Assembly: GCA_964016885.1 (NCBI GenBank)
Contig: OZ024743.1
Span: forward strand, 6,262,001 to 6,326,000
Source of the DNA: Eledone cirrhosa
Taxonomy: Eukaryota
Length of the DNA stretch: 64,000 nt
Direction of reading: 5' to 3'
Every line of letters starts with the position of its first letter. Position 1 is the stretch's first letter. Positions 27,630 to 40,110 of the stretch are shown in pieces. Below the pieces are notes generated by a model that was given only the letters and a program-made list of their open reading frames with translations, made no database searches and was not told the origin of the DNA. A program made the position numbers and the translations under genes.

Positions 27630-27964
27630 TATATAGAGATTACATGAATCAAATTTCTGTTTAAATCATTTATTTGCTTACAAAAAAAAGCACCCAGCCC
27701 ACACTGTAAAAGTGGACGTGTAGGCGCCACGGAAAAAAAGCACCCAGCACTCACTGTAAATGAGGTTGGTGTTAGGAAAGGCATCCAGCTGTAGAAATCA
27801 AGCCAGAATCAGTTCCCGTCCCACCCTTGCAAGCAGGGAAAAGCGGACGTAAAATGATGATGATGATGATGATGAATTGTTTCTTCCAAACCGAGGTTTG
27901 GAAGAAACAATTGTAAGCAAATAAATGATTTAAACAGAAATTTGATTCATGTAATCTCTATATA
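27630..27964. repeat. Near-perfect foldback of a hammerhead 3' half, interrupted by a SINE-B 3' fragment (27684-27874)
   Basis: Left arm 27630-27683 + 27877-27892 mirrors right arm 27895-27964; right arm contains GAAA-CAATTG-TA. Confidence 0.8.
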
Positions 27965-29355
27965 ACTGCTCTGTAAAACAACTGATGTTGTTACATTGAG
28001 CTATTTATCTTACTGGTAATAAGATAGTAATAAATTACTGTCTTTCACTATTTAGGGTATAATATATATATAACTATAAAAGGTTTTAGTATATACATAA
28101 CCATAAATAGTATCCTTAATACTATATGTATATATATATATGGACCGAGATTTCCCGAATTTACAGAAGACCCAAATTCCCACGAGTTGTAGAAACCAAG
28201 CCCAAATTGGTTTCTGTTTTCTTTGTCTGAGAGAAGTTTGGCTGAGGTGCCTTTTCACCTAACCTCACATATCCACTTGTCTCCTCTCAAGTATCTCCAC
28301 AATCTCATCTAACTTACCTTTCATGGTGCCAAAATTGATAATGGCAGCCTAGAATATTCTTACTCCCCATTCCCACACACAGCACTAGCATGATTATTGT
28401 AAGTCTATTTTACACAGTTAGGCTTATTCACTGTATTTCTGTCATTCATAATTTGGTATGATTATACTGGCCAGAAATCTTCCTGTTGCCAACCACTTTA
28501 CAGTGTAGACCTTAATAGTACTACCAACACTAGAGATGTTGTTTATCAAGTCCAATTATATTCAGGAATCTCAAATATGAAAATAAGGATGTGTAGTACA
28601 TCATATTTAATATTTGTTAAGGTTTTACATGCATAGCCATACTATAGCAGAAAAATACTATAGATAGATTAGTTCCTCAAATTTGCTCCATAGTTAAGAT
28701 TGTTAACCCTTTAACTTCTTCAGTCTGTAGACAAGATAACTCATTCTAACATGCATATATTCCAGTGCCACAGACAAGATAACTTGTCCTAATATGTTTG
28801 AACTCTTTTTCAACATTTCATAATTTCAAAGTTATGAACTCGTGTTGTTCATAAATGTTTGTTTAAAAAAAATAGTCATTTTACTAAAAAAAAAAAAAAA
28901 CCCAGCACATCAACTGTAGCTGTGTAAAATATATGCAGCAGTCAACAGGTTAAATACAAACCCACAGAAAACTGCCTCTATAAAAGTGTTCAAATTTAAA
29001 TTTTGGACTAGAATATTATTAGATACCAGATAAAATGAGAGTTCGGTAGTTAAATATTTGTCTTTTGTTATTAAGTTGAAAGTTAGTTATTTCATTAAAC
29101 TTCTCATATTTTTTATTATTATTTTGATAATTAAAACATAAAGGCAGTATATTCTTGTTAGAAATATGGTCATAAAAGGGTTAAGGCATTTGCTATATAC
29201 ATTATTTTTTCAACATATTTTCAACAATTTTAATAACATAGTAACAATGGAAAGGTAAACAGAAGTGAAACAGTATTCTCTCATGGACAAAAGTATGTAA
29301 CTCTTTCTAGAACACATTGATTACTTGATAGCCATCCATATATATATTACAAGTA

Positions 29356-29479
29356 TGATGTTTATCAAACTACTAAGCTGAAGGACATATTGTTTATGAG
29401 AGACATAAGCAACTATCATCACATTGTTTATGTCCCTCATAAACAATATGTCCTGCAGCTTAGCACTTAATAAACATCA
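29356..29479. repeat. ~124-nt imperfect hairpin in EXOSC6 intron 5
   Basis: CTAAGCTG-AGGACATATTGTTTATGAG-GACATAAGCAA / TTGTTTATGTC-CTCATAAACAATATGTCCT-CAGCTTAG. Confidence 0.85.
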
Positions 29480-30559
29480 GCAACATATACCATACATAGA
29501 ATTAGGTATGGATTAGTATTAAGAAGAGTATCTGGCCATAGAAAACCAATCCTGTTGCAACCAATGCAAGCATGGAAAAACAGTTGTAAAATATACCTTT
29601 ATAAATATACATAAATATATCACAACACCCAACCATCCACCTCTCATGACAAACTATGCATTAGAGGAGCCTGTATGTGGTTACTTAATTTGCTAGCAAA
29701 ATCTTCTTGAAATCATACTCTCATATACTAAGAAAAAAGAATGGGAATACAGGCCAAGGTACACTGCCTAGAAAAGAAAAACCACAATAATCTCAACAGA
29801 AACGTTTTTGATCACAGTAAGTCTTCTTAATCAAAGTTAATCTGGAGCTAAACAATACTAATTCAACAAACCCTTTTCTGTTAGAAGAGACACTTCATCT
29901 GCTGTACAGACATGATAGTGCCAGTGGCATGATAAATTGTACATTGTCTATAGTATAAAATGGTTGGTATAAAACGTACAAAATTGTTTCATGACATACA
30001 TAAAAACTAAGATTGTCAATTTTCTTTGTTGTGTGCCAAATAACAAAAGCTAACAATAAGTAACAAGACATTGTGAGACTCAGCTAAATTTGCCACCATA
30101 GAAAAATATACATATGATGATGATATATCAATATGGCTGATGTTCATCTAGGAAAAATTTGAGCAAGGGATGAATTCCAAATGGCAGAAAGTGGTTGTGT
30201 AGGTGTCATGACAAAAAGCACCCTGTACTCACTGTAAATGAGGTTGGCATTAGGAAGCACATCCAGCTGTAGAAACCTAGCCAAAATCAGTTCTGTATGA
30301 GCGAGACATGGTCACCTGACCTAACATTGCCCACAACAGGACTTGTCTGACCCATGCCAGCATGGAAAAATGGGACATAGAATGATGATAATGATGTCTA
30401 AAGAAGAAGAACTAGACAAAGTTTTGAGATTAGACACAATATGAATGATGAGAGAAAGAAAAACAGAAGGAGGTGTCACAAAACTATCTTGCTTCAATGA
30501 ACAGAAGCCATTATTATTGTGGTAGAGAAGGGTTGGAGACAGCCCATCAATGCACCAGA

Positions 30560-32140
30560 CGTTAGAGTGAATTATTTAGCAATTTTATGCCAATCAGTTG
30601 GGTGGATGATTTTTTTAAACATGATCTTAAATTCTATATGTGTAGTAGCAGCACAATGCCATATGTGGGAGAAGTATTCTATTGCTGGTTCAACACTGTA
30701 TAGGGTTATTAATTGTTGAAGCTGAAATATTTTGTAGCCTTTAAAAAGAAGCCCAGTTTATTTGATGCAGTCTTTGCTATGTTGAGGATGTCAGTTCATT
30801 AGATATGATCAGTGACTGTAGGGCCAAGAAATTGTAGCATCTTTGAGTGTTTTCTTCGCTTATTTATTCTGAGCGGATCATGGAAGCAGAGTTCTCAAAC
30901 ACTCCTTCCAGTGGGTCCTGTCAGAAGTAACCGTCTCTAAATGATCTGACTGGATCCCCAAGCGAGACCAGCTAAGCTCATGGATGTTATCCAACCATCT
31001 TGCTTGGGGTCTGTCCCTGGATCTCTTGCAGGTTGGTTTGGCCCATAAAATCTGTCCAGCGATTATTTCCGGAGACATTCTAACCACATGCCCATAGTAT
31101 CAAAGCTGTGATCTCTCAATTCGTAGAAGTAGCGGCTTTACTTGGAGTGACTCTCTGATCTCCAAGCTACGCACTCTGTCGAGTAACATTACTCCAAAGA
31201 CCCTTCAGAGGAATTCCATTTCGACCACTTGTATTCGCAATAGTATTCTTTCAGTCCAAGATTCAAGACTGAGTTTCTAGCTGTGTTAATTATGTTTTGG
31301 GGTAGTGGTGACTACGATATTATTTTCCTAGTATGTATTTATGTTTTGGGGTAGTGGTGACTACGATATTATTTTCCTAGTATGTATTTATGTTTTGGGG
31401 TAGTGGTGACTACGATATTATTTTCCTGGTATGTATTTATGTTTTGGGGTAGTGGTGACTACGATATTATTTTCCTAGTATGTATTTATGTTTTGGGGTA
31501 GTGGTGACTACGATATTATTTTCCTAGTATGTATTTATGTTTTGGGGTAGTGGTGACTACGATATTATTTTCCTGGTATGTATTTATGTTTTGGGGTAGT
31601 GGTGACTACGATATTATTTTCCTGGTATGTATTTATGTTTTGGGGTAGTGGTGACTACGATATTATTTTCCTAGTATGTATTTATGTTTTGGGGTAGTGG
31701 TGACTACGATATTATTTTCCTAGTATGTATTTATGTTTTGGGGTAGTGGTGACTACGATATTATTTTCCTGGTATGTATTTATGTTTTTGTACTTTTGAA
31801 GGAGACGGCACGGCTCTCATTAAATGATGTTTTCAGGGTCATTGCTAATGGAGTTAATGCAGGTTTGTTATGGGATGTCTAGCTTGCATATGCATGATGG
31901 TTTGGTACAAAAACTTTGGAGGAAGCGATGTATGATACCACCTGCATATCGATGAGCATTGTTGGGGGTAATGACAAGTAACAAGAGGGGAAAGTGTATT
32001 TTAACAAAACAGAACTTGAGACAAACCAGAGTAGATAGGATCAGCACATGCTATGATGGTGCAATCTGATGGGACGTTTTTTTTTTTTTTAGAAATCTTC
32101 AGCTAATTCGTGGGGCAATGTATTCACTTTGTGACTATGT
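30560..32140 (-). pseudogene. Decayed CR1/Jockey-group LINE remnant interrupted by an RTE-like 3' fragment (~30870-31260) and a minisatellite
   Basis: Minus-strand decayed KLGFF..KY...LITLY...PAIEYFSHIW; RTE-like RPQARWLDNIHELSWSRLGI in ORF 30878..31087. Confidence 0.5.
31290..31788. repeat. 49-bp minisatellite, 10 copies
   Basis: Unit atgttttggggtagtggtgactacgatattattttcct(a/g)gtatgtattt every 49 nt from 31292. Confidence 0.97.
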
Positions 32141-33559
32141 AATAAGGAAACAATAAAATAAATGGCTGACTTTCAGTTAAACACAAAGTCTGTGTAAAGA
32201 AGAATATTTGTAAATGAAGGGCAGACAACTGCAACAGATTAAAATGCAGTTTTCTAAATACATGAATATAGATTAATTAGGAGATATTTCTGAAAGAATT
32301 GGCAAAGCTAGCACAACTGATGAATTTTCCAAAGTATTTTACAGATATTTATTTGAGCCCAACTTAGAGCTCTTATTTTTATTGTGTCTTGTTTTCATAA
32401 TCAAATACAGAAATGTGTCACCTCAGGGAAATGATATTTTCATATAAGCTATATTATATGGCAGACACAAAATAGTTAGGGATAGAAAATTAGAAAATTG
32501 TACTAATCCTTACAGTAATAGACTACTTTTAAAAGATATGATCAGAAATATAATGTTACTGTTGTTGGTAAATATAAAATTATTTTCAAAAAGACGTGAA
32601 TCTGTAATTTGAATTTGACAACTTATAAGACACATTTAAAAAAAACTTTTTTAAGAAAATCACCTTGCATTTTATAAGGTAAAGGGTCAGTTTAGGTTAC
32701 TGGCTAATTGAGTTCTAGTGCTTCAGTGGCCCTTAAATTATACCGCAAACATCTCCACAAATGTAAACAAGGTGGCGATCACTTCTACACCAACAATAGC
32801 TACAATTTTAATAAATTTTATGCTGAATAAAATTTATTTTCACCTTTTGTTTTAAAAATGTACTAAATATTTCAACAAAAAATATGATGTAGAGAATAAA
32901 GTAAATTTATTTTCACACTTCCTTGTTTTAAAAATGTACTAAAATATTATAACTATGTAAAATGATAGTAAAAAAATATGTTGTACAAACTTTATACCCT
33001 TCATCTGACATTGTAGTTTAAATCCATCTATTTATTTATTTTTTAAATGCCTGCCCAAATTGAGGTGCGTCTTATAAACCATCAAATATGGTATATTCAT
33101 CATCATCATTTAACAACCACTTTTCCTGCTAGAAAGGGTTAGACGGGTCTACATAAACCAAGTCAGTACTGAAGCAGAGCCATTATGGTCATTATCAAGA
33201 GCAGGGGAGAAGTTGTGCCTTTTGATACAAACTGAAAGACCCTTCTAACCCTTTGTTAGGCAAGCTTTCTACAGTATATTATTTTAAATATTTAATTTCA
33301 GCCATATATTTGACAGGCGAAATTAAATTAGATTGTTGTAATTTACAATAAGGCAAAATTATACATTAAAAAGTTAGTAAATAGTTTATCAACACAATTT
33401 TTAGCAGTACATCTGAGCAAACAATACTTTCACAGTAAATATGGCCCTCCAGGTTGGCATCAGTTGTAATGACTAAAACAAACCAAAAAATAGGAAAATC
33501 CCTATATCAATATTTGAGAGGTATTCTTTTATAAATAAAATCAAAAGTTCGAAACTTAC

Positions 33560-33620
33560 TGCTGCCATCATTTTCAAGAACTGTTGCATATACATTCACT
33601 TGTGCCTTTGGAAATTTATG
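33560..33620 (-). CDS. EXOSC6: EXOSC6/MTR3 coding exon 5 (HKFPKAQVNVYATVLENDGS+1 nt)
   Basis: tttttcag acceptor, GTAAGT donor; FPK...VLENDGS RNase PH motif. Confidence 0.95.
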
Positions 33621-34239
33621 CTGAAAAATAAAAATAACAAAATATTTTAATTCTAGAATTTCAGAGGTTCAAATCCTAATAAAAATTTTTTTGTAAAAGT
33701 ATAACAACTCATGCAACTTTTTTTTTTTTCAATATTTTTAGACTGTTAAAGAAACTCTTTCTTTTTTCAAAACAGAAAAAGAAGGGCATGACTTTTGCAG
33801 GCTCTCCCTTCAGCGATTTTATCTATTAGTTACAAACATAAAAGTATCATAGAATTGTGATGTTATCCCATTTAGTCTTGCCATCATCAAGTTGTAGATA
33901 ACTATCTTAGAATCTTTGCTTGGTTAAAACTTCAATCATTGCTTCTCTCTAAGAGAACATTCCCTAAGAACATTTTCAATGATTATGCCATAAGACAGCA
34001 TCACACTCACTATTCTAAATTTGCAATAAGAACTTCAAGCATCAAAATCAAAAGTAGTAAATTAGAACATATAAGAAAAACCATTCCTAACAAACCAAAT
34101 AATTAACACTGAAAGCTTAATCTAAGATTAAATTTTATTTTTATAGAATTGGTAGAGCACAGGAAAAATACCTTGTATTAAGTTATGTCCCTTTCTACAT
34201 TGAAGATTCAATTCTTGTTAGAGTTGATATAAACAAGTT

Positions 34240-34410
34240 GAATAATAAATAATGAAAATTATTGTATACAGTGATCAGGTGCACTGCAACTCATCAAAGG
34301 TGCATGCATAGTACATAGAATAATGTACAAATGCCAGGAAAGTAAACAGTGTATGAGTAATGATATACACACGTGTGCATGTGTATGGAGGGAGAATATC
34401 AGGTGTCCAA
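34240..34410 (-). mobile_element. 3' end of CR1-like LINE (same family as 40111-42420), lacking the SINE insertion
   Basis: Matches 40115-40440 without 40200-40350. Confidence 0.8.
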
Positions 34411-34514
34411 TAATATATTACTGTGATTTAATTCACTATATTTCTTCCCTATAAATTTTTCACCTAGTCTAAAAACAAATCAACATTCAAATATATATTT
34501 GATATATTAATTAC

Positions 34515-34689
34515 CAAACAAACTGCAGGTTCAAGTGCCTCGAGTAGTTGTATAGAGTAATCTTTTTCTTGATTATCTGGCTGATGTTGTCGACGAAGCT
34601 TACATGAGAATGTAGCAAACTTTAATTCACATGTCAGTTGACCTTTCATACTGAATTCCTCTCGTCGTGTAACCTCACGGGGACCATAA
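34515..34689 (-). CDS. EXOSC6: EXOSC6/MTR3 coding exon 4 (YGPREVTRREEFSMKGQLTCELKFATFS...LLEALEPAVCL)
   Basis: Inside ORF 34464..34709; ctttcag acceptor, GTAATT donor; 175 nt, phase consistent. Confidence 0.95.
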
Positions 34690-35900
34690 CTGAAAGGGAT
34701 TAAAAACAAAAGATACAGGTAAGTGGTAAGTACAGATTTGTATCGCTCAGATTTACCTAAATGAAAATATTGATATAAATTGTACTAAATAAACACTTTT
34801 GTAAGTAAACATCTAACATTGTAACAGTATGTATTTTGTGTTCAGAACTTTTGCGTTATTTATCATATCCTCACAATTCTATGAAGTACTCCCTTTCTTT
34901 TAAATGATAAAAGATTCAGATTTAGTAACAGCTACTGTACAGCAACAGAAAAAAATATGTAACAAGTACAATATATGGTGTACATTGAGCCAGATGTTTT
35001 GATTTCCAATAATTAACACAATTTAGGCAGAAATGAAAGGAGTGAAAATATCGTAAATATTTCTTGTCTAAATTGTTTAGAACCAACACCAATCAAAGTC
35101 TTTTTCACAACTCAAAACCAATTGACTATTTACTTTTGATTATTTCAAATCAAGAATTCTATAAAATAACAGTGGTTTCTTTCTTATCGAATCCACAGTC
35201 ATGTTGAAAAGACATGCTGATCTACAAAATATGTAGTAAACAAGATCAAACCGAAAATTCCAGTTTTTAGTATGTTGTTACAGTTCACACCTATGTAGGT
35301 TTAGTTATCTTTATAGAATCATCTTCGTTTGTCTCATAGGTTTCTCTTCTTCTTTGCCATTCCAGAGGGTCCTGTCAGAAGCAACCATCTCCAACTGATC
35401 CAGCTGGATCCCCAAGTAAAATCAACTGAACTCATGTTAAGTATCACGCAAAGAAATGTCAAGTCCAAGTGAACTGAAAAACTGGTTTTTTGCTCTGGAT
35501 GCAGTACAGTCAACCAAATATTCACATTGTGGCAGGCCTTCAAGAAATTATGGCAGTATTGCTAAGAGGTGTATGCTTGTTTTGTAGACCTCAAAAAATT
35601 GCCAAGAGGTGTATGCTTCTTTTGTAGACCTCAAAAAGACATATGACCATGTTCCCTAGAAGGTTCTGCAGGAGTATGGGATTGATGGACAGACAGCTTC
35701 TTACAGCCTTGGAGTCCCAATACCAATGCCCCAGTATTGGTGTTTAGATAAATAAGTTTCTCAGGTATTTTAATAATAAGGAACTCAATCCTATCATGAA
35801 AAGCAATGTGAAATGAAGAATCTTGCTCAAGACCACAATGTGCTGTCCAATCTAGGGATTGAGCCCATGGCCTTATGGTCAAGAATCCAATACCTTAGAC

Positions 35901-36216
35901 CAGAGGTTTTCAAAGTGGGCACTACCACCCTCTCATTGAGGAGGTCCAGTGGGGGCACTGGGGCCTAAGGGGGCAGACAGTAGACAGGATATAATAGTAT
36001 ATTAAATATAAAATGGTACATGTTATATATTTATTTATACATAGTATATACATATATTATATTATTTATTATATATAAATTAATGATTTAATTTATTCTA
36101 TATTATTGACAATTTGCATATAGGCAGGTCTCTCTGGAAATAGGGTTGGGGGTGCTGAGGGTATTACCTGGCCATGAGGGGTTGGGGCGGTAGCCCCAAA
36201 AGTTTGAGAACCTCGG
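35901..36216. mobile_element. hAT (Charlie-like) MITE with 8-bp TSD
   Basis: TSD CCTTAGAC at 35893-35900 and 36217-36224; TIR CAGAGGTTTTCAAAGT / AGTTTGAGAACCTCGG; interrupts a SINE head. Confidence 0.9.
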
Positions 36217-36312
36217 CCTTAGACACTCGGCTATGTGCCTTTTCAGTTATAATAATCATAATTCTACTTATGAATGACTGAAAGTGTATGCAGAATTAGT
36301 GAAATAACTTAC

Positions 36313-36391
36313 ACAGCACATATAACTTTGGTTTTGTTTAGTTCAATGTAAGCAGACCCTTTAGCTTGACTGACAACACCAGCACGTAAAA
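36313..36391 (-). CDS. EXOSC6: EXOSC6/MTR3 coding exon 3 (FLRAGVVSQAKGSAYIELNKTKVICAV)
   Basis: tttttcag acceptor, GTAAGT donor; SQAKGSAY-E-TKV-CAV RNase PH signature as in MTR3. Confidence 0.95.
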
Positions 36392-37051
36392 CTGAAAAAT
36401 TAAAGTAACATTTATTCCATCATTTTATTTATTGACAGACACTATGAACAAAACCTTCCTAACACCAACCTCATTTACAGTGAGTATGTACAAGTATATA
36501 AATATAAACGCGTAAACACAGACACACATAAATACACATTCACGCAGGCAGAAGACGTAAAGAGAGAGGAGTAGTTTGACTTCCTCACACTACTCCTCTC
36601 TTTACATGTGACAGAATCGCAGAAATTTATATATAGATCATTATCTATATATAAATGCACAGTAATATTTTTCTTTTTTATTCATCTGTTGCACAAATGT
36701 TACAATCTGTCAAAACATTCTAAAGTTTTATGCAGAGGTCATGGAACACAATTGTAAGACAAAAAAGTGAGGAGGAGGGGTGTTCTGAAACATTTTTCGC
36801 CAAGTGTTGTCTACATGTCTCCCTGTATCTATCTCTTATATATGTGTGCGTGTGTGAATCCTGGGTTCAATCACGAGTAACCATAGTAAAGTACTAAGGT
36901 ACTCAATACTGATGATTTCTTTTGAATAAAACAGTTCTAGTCCTGTAGAAGCCATTTCTATATTAAACTTAAATTTTGCTAATCTATCTCCTGCAAAATT
37001 TTATTTTAAGTAGTAGCATTCCAGCAACAATTAATTTTCTTTATACATTAT

Positions 37052-37385
37052 GGAGGCACATGCCTTAGTGGTTAGAGCATTGAGCTTGCAATCGAAAGGT
37101 TGTGAGTTCACTTCTCAGACTGGGTGATGTGTTGTTTCCTTGAGCAAGACACTTTATTTCACATTGCTCCAGCTGTAGAAATGAGATGATAGGGACTGGG
37201 GTCCCTATCATTCCACTGCAAAGTGGTCGTGGAGGTGCCACAGCAAAAAAGCACCCAGCACTCACTGTAAATGAGGTTGGTGTTAGGAAGGGCATCCAGC
37301 TGTAGAAATCAAGCCAGAATCAGTTCCCGTCCCCCCCTTGCAAGCAGGGAAAAGCGGACGTAAAAATGATGATGATGATGATGAT
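37052..37385 (+). mobile_element. tRNA-derived SINE, family B, full length; partial copies at 27684-27874, 30190-30396, 62021-62240
   Basis: tRNA-like head (CTTAGTGGTTAGAGC ... GAGTTCACTTC), internal hairpin ATGATAGGGAC/GTCCCTATCAT, RTE-like tail, (ATG)n. Confidence 0.85.
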
Positions 37386-37614
37386 TAAAAAAACATTATA
37401 CATGACAAAAAAAAAAGTACATTACTAGAAATCCCATACATTATATAATAAATAGGATGGGTTGGGGTTTTAATATGTAAACTAAACAACTAAATCTGGC
37501 TTTATAAAAATCAACGGAGACAACCTGGAAAAATTACCAATTTTCCTACCATCCCACTTATTATTTGAGATCTGAGAGTACATGTGTTTGTATATGTCCC
37601 TTGCACATGGACTT

Positions 37615-37958
37615 ACACTCAGTAGGCACCTCTTAATCTAATATACACACCCCACACACCTCCCTCCCACACCACCCTTACTCTGTAAAGTTATGTTGGT
37701 ACCACAAAACATCCAACCCACAATGTAAAGGTGTCACGACTAAAAGCACCCAACCCACACTGGAAAGTGGTCGTGTAGGAGACACGGCAAAAAGCACCCT
37801 GCACACACTGCAAATGTGGTTGGCGTTAGGAAGGGTATCCAGCTGTAGAAAACCAGCCAGAAACAGTCCTATATAAGCGAGACACGGTCACCTGACCCAA
37901 CTTGCCTCAAATGGAACAAACCCATTTAACCCATGCTAGCGTGGATGATGATGATGAT
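37615..37958 (+). mobile_element. RTE LINE 3' UTR fragment with (ATG)n tail
   Basis: Homologous to 11935-12284. Confidence 0.75.
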
Positions 37959-39418
37959 TCGTCAGTAACACTTTAAAATTTATACACTCAAATATATATG
38001 CATACATACATACAATGCATTTCCTATATCACTCATGTTGCTACAATAAGTTTGCTTTCCAATCACAAGGTCTTGGGTTCTAACCCTATATTTGACCCTG
38101 TAACTAGCTATTTCTTCAAAGTTATTAATACATTCAATCCTGTATGTCATTTATGCTGAACATTTATGAACATACATCCTAGAAATAAATGATTAAAATA
38201 CCATTGTTATATTTAATTACTTTCATGTATTAGTAATGAACATAAACTATAGGGTTCCTCTTATCAAAAAGTAATTTCCCAGTTTGTATGATTGTTCATA
38301 TATCCAGTAATCATGATACATATGGTGTACCCATCCTGGACTCCAAAAATTAAATACATTCAATGCTATTGCCATCATTGTTGAGGTGCATTAAATGAAA
38401 TATATCAAATTATATATAAATAGATGACTGAGAAAAGTGAGTATATATGAGAGAGAGAGAATTAAAGAGAAAGATGATTAGAACACTTTGCTCTTCAAAT
38501 TTTTCGAGATAGCAAAACTTATGTACAACTTTCAGCAACCCATTTAAGCATCCCTGGTATACATTTCATGGAAGATGCTAAACTATTCCTGCACATAGAA
38601 AATTCACGTTTTCCAATAGTTTGTCAAATCTCCTACAATTACACATTACTGCTTACTTCCTTTCAGCATAATGAGAAAGAATGTACATGCACCCTTGCCA
38701 TGAACATGTATATCTAGCCCAGCTAAAGTCTGCAATGAAAATCAATCATCCAGAATTCAGCATTGCACAAACTTCTGTATAATTGTATCTAATGAAGAGA
38801 TGGTTAATGGCAAAAACCAAGTGAGCATCTACTTATACAAACTGAATTCTTTTAAGCCTAATCTTGCTTATAGCTCCTTCATTTGACCTAAATAATTCTC
38901 ACAAGTTTTAACCCTTTTAATTCCAAAGCAACTGAAACTGCTCTTGGTTCTATGATACAAAACTGTTTGTTTTAAAGTGTTTACATTTAAAAACCTTCCA
39001 TCATAATTATATGTAAAACCACTGCTACGTTATGTTCCAAACACTAGCTTAATAATGAGAAAGTTAGTCATATTACTAAATCCCTCCAAATTCTTGATGA
39101 TTTTCATTAAAAATATGGTAATGAAAGTGTTAATCACAACTTACTTTTTCATCATTCACCAGTCTAAAGTATGGGACTCTATCAAAGGTCTTCACTATTT
39201 TTTAATATGTTTGCTACAACTGCATGACTGGAAATAGGGTATTCCATATCTTGATAATACACACACAAAAAAAACCATATCTCAACTATTCTTCTACTGG
39301 GTACTAAACACATCTTCTTTTTCATTTAACATTGCCAATTCTGCTCAGTAGTAATGTGTGGTGAGTGATTTGAACAGCTGTCACAGATAGTCAGAAGTAT
39401 TAGAGCAATGGTACTTAC

Positions 39419-39476
39419 ATGTAGGTCGCATTTGATTGAAAAGCCTGTTGTCCCATCTTTGTTGGTTATCATCAAG
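39419..39476 (-). CDS. EXOSC6: EXOSC6/MTR3 coding exon 2 (LDDNQQRWDNRLFNQMRPT+1 nt)
   Basis: Acceptor ttattgaag, donor GTAAGT; 58 nt, bridges phase 0 to phase 1 exactly; R-x-D-x-R...RP motif of the RNase PH family. Confidence 0.88.
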
Positions 39477-40110
39477 CTTCAATAAGAAATAAACAACAAA
39501 TAAGTTATTATTGTAATATGAATCAAAATGAAAGAGAGATGGAAATGAGATAAGAAGAGCAAAGGAATGAATTTTTAAAAAACGACAGAGCAGAATGGTG
39601 AAATTAAGAGGCATACTAAGAGACATAAAAGTTAAAGATGGAAAGAAATGAAGAGAGAAAAATAGTGAGATATCTGAAAAAGGGGATGTGAAATATGAGG
39701 ATCTGGTAGAAAGAATGTAAGGAAAAAAAAAAAGAGGCTTCCAGCAAGTTGTAAGAATAATATGGGTGAAAGAGATGAAAGATCTTGAGACTTGCACAAA
39801 TATAACAGTAGCATAATCCTTCCTATAAACATCATCATCACTGTTTAACATCTATTTGCATGAGTTAGATGTAGTCAGGTTATGAAACCAAACAAGTCAA
39901 GAGACTACATTTGACTCATGTGATTTAATTTTGGCATGGTTTTCTATGGCTGGATGTTTTTACACGCCAACATTATTGTGTTTTCTATGGCTGGATGAAT
40001 TGGCCGACACCTGTGCTTAGCCAATTCAGGGACACACATTTCCTCCAAGAGAGGTTAGTGCCTCAGGTGAGGGCCATATTGGGGTTGACATTCAGTTGAG
40101 AGGGTCAAGA

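Noticed and set aside
31290-31788. Regular repeats resembling a CRISPR array (also 6697-6936 and 59529-59870)
   Set aside because: Contiguous tandem units with no unique spacers, no cas genes, eukaryotic context.
36909-36950. CTGATGA-TTTC..GAAT-AAAA-CAG..CTG-TA hammerhead-like string
   Set aside because: G12 missing and no stem I; at best a dead remnant.
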